A stretch of 64,000 bases of DNA, from contig OZ024753.1 in NCBI GenBank assembly GCA_964016885.1, positions 35,960,001 to 36,024,000 on the forward strand. Reading direction: 5' to 3'. The notes beneath the pieces are model-generated. The model searched no databases and had not been told where the DNA came from. It saw only the letters and a list, made by a program, of their open reading frames with translations. The DNA comes from Eledone cirrhosa. Its lineage: Eukaryota. The first letter of the stretch is position 1; every line of letters starts with the position of its first letter. The translations under genes were made by a program, and so were the position numbers. Positions 51,266 to 63,126 of the stretch are shown one piece after another.

Positions 51266-51574
51266 CTGTAATGTACAAATAATAATATCATCATAATCAT
51301 CATCATTACCATCATCACCACCACCATTATCATCACCATCACCACCACCATTACCATCATCATCACCAACACCATAACCATTGCCTTCATCATCACCACC
51401 ACCATAACCATTGCCATCATCATCATTTAATGTCTATTTTCCCAGCTAGCAAGGGTTGGATGGGTTGTCAGTGACTGTTTTGAGTACCAACCCAGTCTTC
51501 TGACAACCCACCCAGAACGTAAATGGCTGTAACAATCCACCACCATTATATTATGATAACAATTATATTATGAT

Positions 51575-52132
51575 AATTGTACCAGTAATGTACTGGGTAA
51601 TTGCTGGCCTTGTGCCAAAAGTAGAAACAATTATATTATGATAATTGTTTCTACTTTTGGCACAAGGCCAGCAATTACCCAGTGTATTACTGGTACTTTA
51701 TTTTATCGACTCCGTAAGGATGAAAAGCAAAGTTAACCTCGGTGGGATTTGAACTCAGATCATAAAGGGACGGAACCCTATGCTTCAAAGCATGGTGTCC
51801 GACTCTCTACCAGTTACTGCTAATCCACCACCATTGCGGTGGATTGGCAGTATCGGTAGAGGGTCGGACACCATGCTTTCCAGCATAGTTACGTCCCTTT
51901 ACGATCTGAGTTCAAATCCCGCCGAGGTTGACTTTGCCTTTCATCCTTACGGGGTCGATAAAATAAAGTACCGGTAATGCACTGGGTAATTGCTGGCCTT
52001 GTGCTTAAAGTAGAAACAATTATATTCTGATAATTGTTTCTACTTTAGGCACAAGGCCAGCAATTACCCAGTGCATTACTGGTACTTTATTTTATCGACC
52101 CCGTAAGGATGAAAGGCAAAGTCAACCTCGGC
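51575..52132. mobile_element. Four SINE family 1 copies in alternating orientation (+,-,+,-)
   Basis: 51575-51630(+), 51640-51833(-), 51836-52022(+), 52030-52132(-). Confidence 0.85.
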
Positions 52133-52639
52133 TATGATAATGCAACATATAAATATACTATAAATTCACATGCAACACATGACAATATTTGTATAGTCCC
52201 GTAACTCCTAGGGGATTCGTAAAAGCCCCATAGTGGCATATGGCATTTCTAGGGCATTCTAAGTTAGGCGGAGCCCACCTCATTTCCACATCTGAACACA
52301 GCGTATTTCTTCCAGAGAAAGAGATAGAGAGGAAATGAGAAAGAGATAGAGAGGAAAAATTGACCACAGTATTAAACTGGTACATTTTTTATCAACCTTG
52401 AGAGAATGAAAAGCAAAGTTTATATCATATTGTCTTTTCTTTGTTTTCAAAATGAATTTTAATTCTTGAATGAGATGATTACAATGTCTTCTACCTGATA
52501 GTGATACACACATGCATAGTCCCGTAACTCCTGAGGGAATTGTAGAGGTGCCACAGTGACATACAGCATCTCTAGGGAATTTTTGTAAAACCTGACAGAC
52601 CTCCATCTCTTCTCCATATCTGATCATGACATATTTCTT

Positions 52640-52681
<42 letters not shown>

Positions 52682-53232
52682 AAAGTGAGAAAGAGATATA
52701 GAGGAAAAATCGAACCCAGAACTAGACTGATACTTTTTTATCAACCTTGAATGGACGAAAGGCAAAGTTGACCTCAGCAGGATATGAACTCAGAGAGCAG
52801 AGAGACAGAACAAACACCGCAAAGTATTCTATCCGACATTCTGACAACTCTGCCAATTTGCCACCATTATAACTATAGTCTAAAAGTCTAAAGTCTGTCT
52901 TCAGCCAGAAGGCTCATTTGGCCGGTGCTTATCCCGGTTTCATGGCATGAAGCGACTGAGAGTACAAGACTCCCCCCAGGACAGGATGCCAGTCCATCGC
53001 AGGGTTAAACCCCCAACTACTGCTGGTACTCATTTTCAGCTGAGTATACTGGAGCAACATGAAACGAAGTGTTTTGCTCAAGAACACAACACGCAACCCA
53101 AGAATCAAACGCATGACATTATGATTGTAAGTCCAACACCCTTACCACTAGGCCACATGCCTCCACTATAACTATATTATGAACATATAAATACACATGC
53201 AATATATAAATATATATAACATATACACTGAC

Positions 53233-53456
53233 ATTGTTTTTGTCGTAGTGAATGGTACAAAATAAGATTATCCGGTTTATGAGTTATATTCCGTAGGATA
53301 GTATGGTTATTTCCTGTGAACTTATGTGCTTTTTCTATGCTCAAACGGTGATAATCTGTCCAGTATATCCAGTCTTCAAAAACTGCAATAGTTGTAAGTA
53401 ATGATACTGCATGTTTCATGACTGTTTGTCTGTTAGTACCGTCCAAATTGGCATAC
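53233..53456 (-). CDS. LRP2: LRP2-like exon, propeller end (YANLDG...VFEDWIYWTD...HSLRQ)
   Basis: tgtag| and |gtcag, 224 bp, phase 2-1. Confidence 0.9.
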
Positions 53457-53987
53457 CTACAAAAAAACAAACAAATGATTGGTAACAGATGGATATGATG
53501 AGTGAAAATTCTAAAAGAAAGGTAGAAGGAAATATTTTTACACAGTTAACGTTTAATGCCATAAGAATGAAATTAAAGTGAAGTGTAAAGTGAAGGTTGA
53601 TGTTTATTTTATTGTATAGAGAAGGTTTTGCTATTGAAATAAGAAAAAAAGAAATCATGCCCTACACATAGTTTTATAGTTTTACATATATTGAATTAGT
53701 CCTATATATTTCAGGTGAAATTTCCCTTGTGAAAAGAAATGTTAAGAAACCAAGTCAGATGAATATCCAATGGCTATTTATTACAGGTGTGTGTATGTGT
53801 GCATGTGTGCAATGATTTACACTAGTTATTTATCGCATGTGTGTGTCCAATGAATATATATGCTGGCTACTTATTGCTGGTGTATATATGCATATGTATG
53901 TGTATATGCAATGAAGATATACAGTTTCTTTTAACAATAATCACTACTATATAAAGAAACCAAAATACAAACAAAAAATGCCCTTAC

Positions 53988-54158
53988 TCAATGGAATCAA
54001 AATAGGCATCACCCCACCACATTTTATCACTTTCATAGTCAATAGTTAAACCATTTGGCGTTACAAGATCTTCTGTAATAAGACGTTCTAAGCCTGAGCC
54101 ATCCATGCCGATTCTTCCAATCCAACTATTTTGGTGTACACCCAAAATGTACAGATAC
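53988..54158 (-). CDS. LRP2: LRP2-like exon, propeller (IGRIGMDG...PNGLTIDY...WWGDA)
   Basis: tcaag| and |gtaag, 171 bp, phase 2-2. Confidence 0.88.
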
Positions 54159-54230
54159 CTTGAAAAAAAAAAAAATGGATGGATCAATTACATTTATATA
54201 CTCATAAAGTACAGGTACTTATTTAAAATG

Positions 54231-54280
<50 letters not shown>

Positions 54281-54759
54281 AAATTGATACTTCCTTTTTT
54301 TTCTTTAAAGGTACTTATACTTTATGAGTATATATATATATATATACACAGTAATACAGAAGACCCGCCTTGCCTAAGTACAAAGCGAAACCTACAGTCA
54401 GTAGGCACCTCTAACCCCCCCCCCCCCACATCCCACTACCCCCACCTCATCCACACCACCCCTTTCAATGTAAAGTTATGTTGGTGCCACAACATCCAGT
54501 CCGAAATAAATGAGGTCGTGTAGGTGTCACGACAAAAAAACACAGTCCACGCTGTAATGTGGCCGTGTAGGTAACACAGTAAAAACCTCCCAGTCCACAC
54601 TGTAAACGTGGTTGGTGTTAGGAAGGGCATCTAGCCATAGAAAACCCGCCAGACAGTCCTATATGAGCAAGACAACAAATCTTGCCTCAAGTGGGAAAAT
54701 TCCCGTCCAAACCCATGCAAGTGTGGAAGATGGACGTAAAAAGATGATGATGATGATGA

Positions 54760-54797
<38 letters not shown>

Positions 54798-54827
54798 AGA
54801 TCAAAAGATGGTTAAAGGAGTTCCATG

Positions 54828-54899
54828 TATTTTATTATGCGCATTTCAAAAACAAACATCATCATGCAATAATATTTGTGTTTTCATCAGATAAAACAG
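54828..54899 (-). ncRNA. Minimal type-I hammerhead motif, homolog of 49301-49372
   Basis: TTTTAT-CTGATGA...GAAAT-GCGC-ATA-ATAAAA. Confidence 0.7.
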
Positions 54900-55533
54900 G
54901 AGGACATGATATGAAGGCTAAAAAACACTTGTGGATAGTGCAGTTTTAAATCAACATATGAAAAGTAGTTTTAGATTGATGTGTGATATTGAGAAAAATA
55001 TTTTATTTAGAGAGGGTGGGGTGGGGGTGGAAAGGATGAAAAAGGGGAGGAGATGAGAGTGAAGGTGGAGAGGGAGAGATGGGTGATAGAGAGAAAGAGA
55101 TAGTTTTTATAACTGAGAGAAGATATATATTGTTTTATATAGAGAGGTTGAAAACCGTTGGAAGATAATGTATAAATATATATATATATATATACTTCAA
55201 TGTAATCTACTTTTCATGGTAGACAATATGATCGAACTCATATATTATGTCTGATAGTATATAGTTCTCTAACTGCTATAGATATATATATATCAATATA
55301 TCGATATAATCAACCCTCCGAAACGATTGTAAAACAATGAAAGAAATATGTAAAATAACCTGTCTTTGTTATCATTGTTAAATAAACTAATATATATATA
55401 TATATACATATACGGCTAAAACTGGTTCTCACCATCACCATCATCATCATCATCATCTATGAAATAAAACCAACCATACATTTGTATACATTGATAAATA
55501 TATTATGAAACACATATATATGTATACAGTGTA

Positions 55534-57653
55534 AATGAGGAGAACAAATGGGAGAAAGACAGTCTCCCCCAGATCGATCCAATAGAGGGACCAGCAGTGT
55601 TAGTTGAAGGTAGTATAATAAGTAAGGCAATCAAAGATATGAAGACGGGTAAGGCGGCTGGGCCTTCGGAAATAGTTGCTGAGATGCTGAAGGCATCTGG
55701 TTCGGTGGGACACACCATGGTCACCCGGATAGTTAACCAAGTCGTACAGAATGGGGTTGTTCCGAAGGAATGGCGTAGCAGCATCATCGTTAACTGCTAT
55801 AAGGGAAAAGGAGATGCCCTAGATAGGAGTAACTATAGAGGCATTAAATTAATCGACCAGGTCATGAAGGTCACGGAAAAAGTAATAGCGCAACTAATCA
55901 GAGAGAGAATTGATCTAGATGAAATGCAGTTCGGGTTTGTGTCAGGCAAAAGTACCACAGACGCTCTTTTCATTGTACGACAACTACAGGAGAAGTACCT
56001 AGCTAAAAGTAAACCCCTATACTTAGCTTTCGTCGACTTGGAGAAAGCCTTCGATAGAGTCCCCCGTTCCATTATCTGGTGGTCTCTTAGAAAACTAGGT
56101 GTTGACGAATGGCTTGTGAGAGCTATACAAGCCATGTATAAAGAAACAGTCAGTAAGGTTAGAATTAACAACGAATATAGTGAAGAGTTTAGCGTAAAAG
56201 TTGGTGTCCATCAGGGCTCTGTTCTTAGCCCCCTACTATTTATTATTGCCCTTCAGGCTATAACAGAGGAGTTCAAGACCGGCTGCCCATGGGAACTCCT
56301 ATACGCAGATGATCTAACGCTCATAGCTGAATCAATGACCGAACTAGAGAAGAAATTCCAAACGTGGAAGCACGGCCTAGAATCAAAAGGCCTTAAAATT
56401 AACCTGGCTAAGACTAAAGTTCTAGTTTGTAGGAAAGAAAATAAGGCGGCGGTCCCATCGGGGAAATGGCCATGCTCAGTGTGTAGGAAAGGCGTAGGTA
56501 GAAACTCCATTTTATGTCCCAAATGCAAAGTATGGGTGCATAAAAGATGTAGTGGGATCACAGGTAAGCTAACTAAGAACATAGATTTTACATGTGGCCG
56601 GTGCTCTGGTGCAATAAGTAGCAGCAAGTGCCCACAAAATACTAGCTCCTTCAACTGCGCAGAGGGTTCTATAGAAATAGTGGGCAGCTTCCGTTATCTG
56701 GGTGACAAAATCAGCAGTGGGGGAGGGTGCTCTGAAAGTACAGTAGCTAGAGTCAGAACTGGATGGAAAAAGTTCAGAGAGCTTATACCACTATTAGCCG
56801 CTAGAGGGTTCTCCCTAAAAATGAAAGGCAGGTTATACGATGCCTGCATACGAACAGCAATGCTGCATGGCAGTGAGACCTGGGCATTGTGTGCAGAGGA
56901 TATACGCAGACTAGAGAGGAACGAAGCTTGCATGCTCCGCTGGATGTGCAATAGTAATATACGTGAACGGCAAAGCATAAACGAACTAAGGAAAAAATTA
57001 GAAATAAGAGGGATCAGATGTTGTTTACTCGAGAGAAGGCTACGTTGGTACGGTCACGTGATGCGCATGAAAGACGACAGCTGTATAACAAAGTGCAGGG
57101 CAATAAAGATAGACGGTAGCCACGGAGTAGGCAGACCCAGAAAAACATGGGACGAGCTGATAAATTCCGACCTCACACGCTTACACCTCTCCAAGACAAT
57201 GTCACTGGACCGAGACCTTTGGCGGTACTCAGTAATAGAGAAGACCCGCCTTACCTAAATACAAAGTAAAAACCTACTACAGTCAGTAGGCATCTCTATC
57301 AAAACACACCCCCGTCCCACCACCTCCACCCCACCCACACCGCCCCTTTCAATGTAAAGTTATGTTGGTCCCACAACATCCAGGCCGAAACAAATGAGAT
57401 CGTGTAGGTGTCACGACAAAAAACACACAGTCCACGCTGTAAATGTGGCCGTGTAGGCAACACGGTAAAAACCTCCCAGCCCCACACTGTAAATGTGGTT
57501 GGTGTTAGGAAGGGCATCCAACTGTAGAAAACCCGCCAGACAGTCCTATGCGAGCAAGACAACCACTCTTGCCTCAAGTGGGAAAACCCCCGTCCAAACC
57601 CATGCAAGCGTGGAACACGGACGCTAAACCTGATGATGATGATGATGATGATG
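55534..57653 (+). mobile_element. 5'-truncated RTE LINE, subfamily A, uninterrupted 553-aa RT ORF
   Basis: NYRGIKL, FVDLEKAFD, YADD, PHD-like C4HC3, (GAT)n tail; ACAGTGTA on both sides (55526-55533, 57654-57661) fits a TSD. Confidence 0.95.
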
Positions 57654-58443
57654 ACAGTGTATACATTGATAAATATATTATGAAACACATATATATGTAT
57701 ACATTGTATACATTGATAAATATATTATGAAACACATATATATGTATACATTGTATACATTGATAAATATATTATGAAACACATATATATGTATACAGTG
57801 TATACATTGATAAATATATTATGAAACACATATATATGTATACATTGTATACATTGATAAATATATTATGAAACACATATATATGTATACAGTGTATACA
57901 TTGATAAATATATTATGAAACACATATATATGTATACATTGTATACATTGATAAATATATTATGAAACACATATATATGTATACATTGTATACATTGATA
58001 AATATATTATGAAACACATATATATGTATACAGTGTATACATTGATAAATATATTATGAAACACATATATATGTATACATTGTATACATTGATAAATATA
58101 TTATGAAACACATATATATGTATACATTGTATACATTGATAAATATATTATGAAACACATATATATGTATACAGTGTATACATTGATAAATATATTATGA
58201 AACACATATATATGTATACATTGTATACATTGATAAATATATTATGAAACACATATATATGTATACATTGTATACATTGATAAATATATTATGAAACACA
58301 TATATATGTATACAGTGTATACATTGATAAATATATTATGAAACACATATATATGTATACATTGTATACATTGATAAATATATTATGAAACACATATATG
58401 TATACAGTGTATACATTGATAAATATATTATGAAACACATACA
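57654..58443. repeat. 47-bp minisatellite, about 17 units; first unit lies at ~55475-55533, before the LINE
   Basis: TATACATTGATAAATATATTATGAAACACATATATATGTATACA(T/G)TG. Confidence 0.95.
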
Positions 58444-59369
58444 CACCCTCCCACTGCAAGGTGGTCGTGGAGGTGCCACGGCAAAAAAAGCACCCAGCCC
58501 ACACTGTAAATGAGGTTGGTGTTAGGAAGGGCATCCAGCTGTAGAAATCAAGCCAGAATCAGTTCCTGTATGAGCAAGACAAGGTCAGCCGACCAGACAC
58601 TGCCCACAACTGGACAACACGTCTAACCCATGCCAGCATGGAAGAACGGACGTAAAACGGTGATGATGATGATGATGATATATATATATATATATTAATG
58701 ATCATCATCATTATTGTTTTTATGTCCATTTTCCATGCTTGCATCCTTTTCAGCATGGCATCTCTCCACTTGTAACAGGCTCTCGTCATCTCCTCAGTGA
58801 TTTGAGGTCAGCTTTCACCACTTCTGCCCAGGTCTTTCTTGGTCTACCTCTACTGCAGCTTCCTTCTACTGGTATTTCCTGGCACTTCTTCACCCAACGA
58901 TCATTGTCCATGCACATCACATGTCTATATTAAATATTTACAGTGGTCCAGCATCTTATATGGTAGTTTTGAATATATGCAGGCACAAAATATTTTTTAA
59001 TATTTCAAAATTAAAAAAAAAACTGAAGCTCTCTCCTAATGCTCTATTTCACATGAAGCGGCATCATATAATTTAAGAGAAAAAAATTGCAATCCATTCT
59101 GCTATCATTCTTTTCCCGAGTTTTCTCAACTCCCAGTGAATCTGATGTTTTGCCTCCTCCAAAACATCAATGTATATCAGCCCTTTTATATAAGGGTCTT
59201 GAATATATGTGGTTTTGAAATTATGGAGAACCAAATTATCATGGGAGATGCAAGCAAACTGTATATTTTTCTAGCATAAATATACATTTTGAAATAAAAG
59301 CAAATCTAAACTAAACAAAACAAACTAGAGAAAAACACCAACAACATGAATATTATTGAAAATACATAC

Positions 59370-59498
59370 CTTTTAGCTGGATGAGCTACTAAATCTTGGA
59401 TATAAATAATTACACTGTGATTCAGCATTCGGACATTAGTCCCGTTCAACTCTGATACGAATAAAGTTTGAACAAGAAATTCAAACCAATATAACTTC
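59370..59498 (-). CDS. LRP2: LRP2-like exon, propeller (KLYWFE...VSELNG...HPAKR)
   Basis: ttcag| and |gtatg, 129 bp, phase 2-2. Confidence 0.88.
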
Positions 59499-59809
59499 CT
59501 GAAGAAAACCAAGTAAGGGAGATAATGTATATAAGAGAGTATGTGAGCAGCAGCAACATCAATAGCAACAACAACAATAGTAGCAGCAGCAACAGTAGCA
59601 TATATCATCAGCAGCAGCAGCATCAACAATAGCAACCATGATGGCAGCATTCATCAACAACCAACATCGGCATAACAACAACGACGACAACAACAACAAT
59701 AGTAACAACAACAACCATAGTAATAGTATCATTATCATCATCAACACCAACAACAACCATAATAGCACCATTATCAACAACAACAGCAACAACAACAAAA
59801 CTTCCTTAC

Positions 59810-60065
59810 CGTCCCACCCAATCAATTGTAAGAATGATGTGATGAAAAGTTGTTTTAATAACATCCTCTCTGTTGGTGCCGTTGACAAACATACGTTCAA
59901 TATGTCCTGTGAGGAAGTCAGAAAAGTAGAGTCTTTGTTCCTGGTAGTCAAAATTTAGAGAAGTCAATCCATCGAATCCAGGAGATATTAATTGGTAATT
60001 GCTTCCATCTAGGGACAACTTTCGAATATAATATTGGTTGGAAAATATCAGCCATGGGACTTCAT
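59810..60065 (-). CDS. LRP2: LRP2-like exon, YWTD propeller start (PWLIFSNQYYIRKLSLDG...IDWVGR)
   Basis: gtag| and |gtaag, 256 bp, phase 1-2. Confidence 0.9.
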
Positions 60066-60262
60066 CTACACACACATAAAAAAAAAAAAATTTAATATAT
60101 ATATATAAAAAAAAAAAAGGATATAAGATTGGATCTAGCTGTCGAAATGGCCGGAGCTCAGCTGTCGGGGTCCTGACTCTTTTCCTATTACCCACTCTAC
60201 TACCCCTAAGTATTGAGTACTGTGCGTTATGGTCCATTTGGTTCCTTACCACACTTTCTTTG

Positions 60263-60305
<43 letters not shown>

Positions 60306-60562
60306 AAAGTTTTATTTAAAATTGTTGGGTTACAACGAGTAAATATTTTATAACTGATATAAAAGCACTCAACAAGTTTTGGAGTAGAATACACTTTCTT
60401 TCTTCTTCTCTTCGTCCTTAGCACTATACACTTTCCTTCTTTTTTCTCTTCATCTTTCTTTCTAACTGTCCTTAACATTTTCACTACCAAATCAACTTTT
60501 TAAATGGAAGTTGTAATGTTTAAGGTACGTCAAATTTATTTATAAAACGGTTTATATATTGT

Positions 60563-60790
60563 ATTTTGTCTGAGGAAGGCATACCATATTTTTAATATGA
60601 TATCCCTGAAATATATATAATGAAATAAATATGGTTTTATAAATATAGTTTCCATTTGTTTAATATCGTATATATATATATATATACGATATTAACAAAT
60701 GGAAACTATATTTATAAAACCATATTTATTTTATTATACATATTTCAAGGACACCACATTAAATTATGGTGTGCTTTCATCAGACAAAAT
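60563..60790. ncRNA. Convergent pair of hammerhead motifs: 60563-60626(+) and 60728-60790(-)
   Basis: ATTTTGT-CTGA(G/T)GA-stem II-GAAAT-AT(A/G)T-ATA-AT(G/A)AAAT on each strand. Confidence 0.65.
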
Positions 60791-60979
60791 ACAATATAGA
60801 TCAGTTTTATAAATAAATATTGTGGTGTCCTTGAAATATGTATAATAAAATAAATATGGTTTTATAAATATAGTTTCCATTTGTTAATATCGTATATTTA
60901 CTCCAAATACTTGTTGAGTGCTTTATATCAGTTATAAAAATATTTGCATGTTGTATCCCAACAATTTAAATATAACCTC

Positions 60980-61025
<46 letters not shown>

Positions 61026-61026
<1 letters not shown>

Positions 61027-62118
61027 AAAGGTAAACAGAAATAACACAATCGGTACAGTATATGGAAGGGATATATTAGGTTAACGCTTGATATAGCAGG
61101 GAGAGGGTGTTAACGTTTCAGACGTTAGTCCTTCATCAGAAGAAAGAATAAGAAATAAAATAGATTAAGGGGACGGGCGGGATGTGTGTGTGTATGTGAG
61201 TGTGTGTGTGTGTTATAGGTCCGTATGAAGCTAAGAAGAAATGTGTGTGTATATGTGAGTAAAAGAGTGTGTGTGCATGTAAGTACGAAGCTATGAGCAA
61301 AGAGAAAGTGATAGGAATCTAGGGGTGTGATAATGGACGAGGTATTAGAGAAATTGGGGAGGGGAGTTGAGTCCAAGAGGGGAATAGGACCCAAGACGGT
61401 GAATCAGACTTTGTTCAATCCTGGTGCGCGAGGCCTGTGATCCATGATGTAAAAAGACACCCAGGACTGAAACATGGAGGGAAGAATGACCAGGAGAACA
61501 GAAATGACGGGTGACAGGAGTATCCAAACCGAGTTGTATGTCCCTCAAACGGTCCGCCATATGGCGTCCCGTTTGTTTGATATATAAAGACCCGCAAAGG
61601 GAACACTGGAGGGCATAGACAACGTGGGTGGATGTGCAGGTGAAGGAATGGCAGATATGGAAAGACGCGTTAGGGCCTGTAAGAGTGGTGAGGGTGGAAA
61701 TAAAGGGACAAGTATTACATCGGGAACAAGGATGAGAGCCGGGTGGAGTCGTGGGAGAGGACGAAAAAGAACTGCGAACCAGGAGGTCGCGGAGGTTTCG
61801 GGCACGCTTAAAAGCCGTAATGGGTGGGTTTGGAAAAAAGCGAGAAGTGACGGGGTCAGAAGAGAGGATACGGAAGGAACGGAGGATATGTCACTGGAGT
61901 GATGGGGTGGTAGGTGAGAAGGAAAGGAACATGGGTGTTGGGAGGGCAGGGGTGAGGTGAGAGGGCTCTGGTGTGGTCTGTTTCACGGGCGCAGATGAGA
62001 GCAGCTTGGATCGAGGTGGGGGGATATCTACGTTGGATGAAACAGGAAATCATGTGAAGGGAATGGGTTTCGAAATCGTTGTCCTGGCTACAGAGTTGAC
62101 GAAGACGGAGATAGCCTT
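61026..62118 (-). mobile_element. Degraded Penelope-like element 3' part (RT thumb, GIY-YIG endonuclease, pLTR)
   Basis: Hand translation: YLRLRQLCS..DF...FIQRRYP, CxxC, FTCTSTHVVYALQCSLC..LYIKQTGR, HF...H, RIEQSLIHRLGSYSPLGLN; frameshifted. Confidence 0.85.
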
Positions 62119-62279
62119 TATATCATCTTTTGCAAAGATATAATACAACAAAAACAACAACAATAACAAAGAGTAGAAAAGAAAACCAGCTGAGTGAGGG
62201 GGAGATAGCAAAAGAAGAGTGAGGGGGAGAAAGCGAGGGGAGAGAGAGTGGGAAGAGTGAGAGGGGGAGAGAGGAGAGA

Positions 62280-62662
62280 TAGTGAGGGAAGAGAGAGGGA
62301 AGACTGAGTGGTATGTAGTGAGGGAGAGAGAGGGAAGACTGAGTGGTATGTAGTGAGGGAGAGAGAGGGAAGGGTGAGTGGTATGTAGTGAGGGAAGAGA
62401 GAGGGAAGGGTGAGTGGTATATAGTGAGGGAAGAGAGAGGGAAGGGTGAGTGGTATATAGTGAGGGAAGAGAGAGGGAAGGGTGAGTGGTATAGAGAGAG
62501 GGAAGGGTGAGTGGTATAGAGAGAGGGAAGGGTGAGTGGTATATAGTGAGGGAAGAGAGAGGGAAGGGTGAGTGGTATATAGTGAGGGAAGAGAGAGGGA
62601 AGGGTGAGTGGTATATAGTGAGGGAAGAGAGAGGGAAGGGTGAGTGGTATGTAGTGAGGGAG
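62280..62662. repeat. ~36-bp purine-rich minisatellite
   Basis: AGTGAGGGAAGAGAGAGGGAAGGGTGAGTGGTATAT. Confidence 0.9.
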
Positions 62663-62994
62663 AGAGAGCAATAAGAAGAGAAAGAGAGACAGATTGAGAA
62701 AGAAAGCAAATTTATTTAAAATTTTCCGAAAATAATGGTTTCTTATATAGGCACAAGGCCAGCAATTCTGGAGGAGGGGAAAGTCGATTAAATCAGCCCC
62801 AGTGCGTGACTGGTACTTTATTTTATCGACCTCGTAAGGATGAAAGGCAAAGTTAACCTCGGCGGGATTTGAACTCATATCATAAAGGGCCATAACTCTA
62901 TGCTGCAAAGCATGGTGCCTAACCCTCTACCAATACTGCCAATCCACTGTTAAAATTTTCCAAAAATAACAAGAATACTATTTTGTATTTTTAC

Positions 62995-63126
62995 CATCTT
63001 TCTTCTTGCAGCTGTGAATGTCAACTCCTCTCATGTAACCTTCATTACATTTACAGGTGTAATTTCCTAACTTATTATAACACACCTGACTGCAGCTAGC
63101 CGGCCTCTCATTGCATTCATTTATAT
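62995..63126 (-). CDS. LRP2: LRP2-like exon, calcium-binding EGF (DINECNERPASCSQVC...CKKKD)
   Basis: acag| acceptor, |gtaa donor, 132 bp, phase 1-1. Confidence 0.9.

Noticed and set aside
55245-55340. GAAACGATTGTA as a hammerhead half
   Set aside because: Upstream core reads CTGATAG and the stems are unconvincing; at most a decayed copy.
55503-56978. Minus-strand ORFs opposite the RTE ORFs (also 35817-37321, 43806-44252)
   Set aside because: Antisense shadows of the RT frame with no independent motifs.
59559-59958. Asn-rich and Leu-rich ORFs
   Set aside because: (AAC/AGC/ATC)n intronic trinucleotide repeats overlapping a real minus-strand exon.
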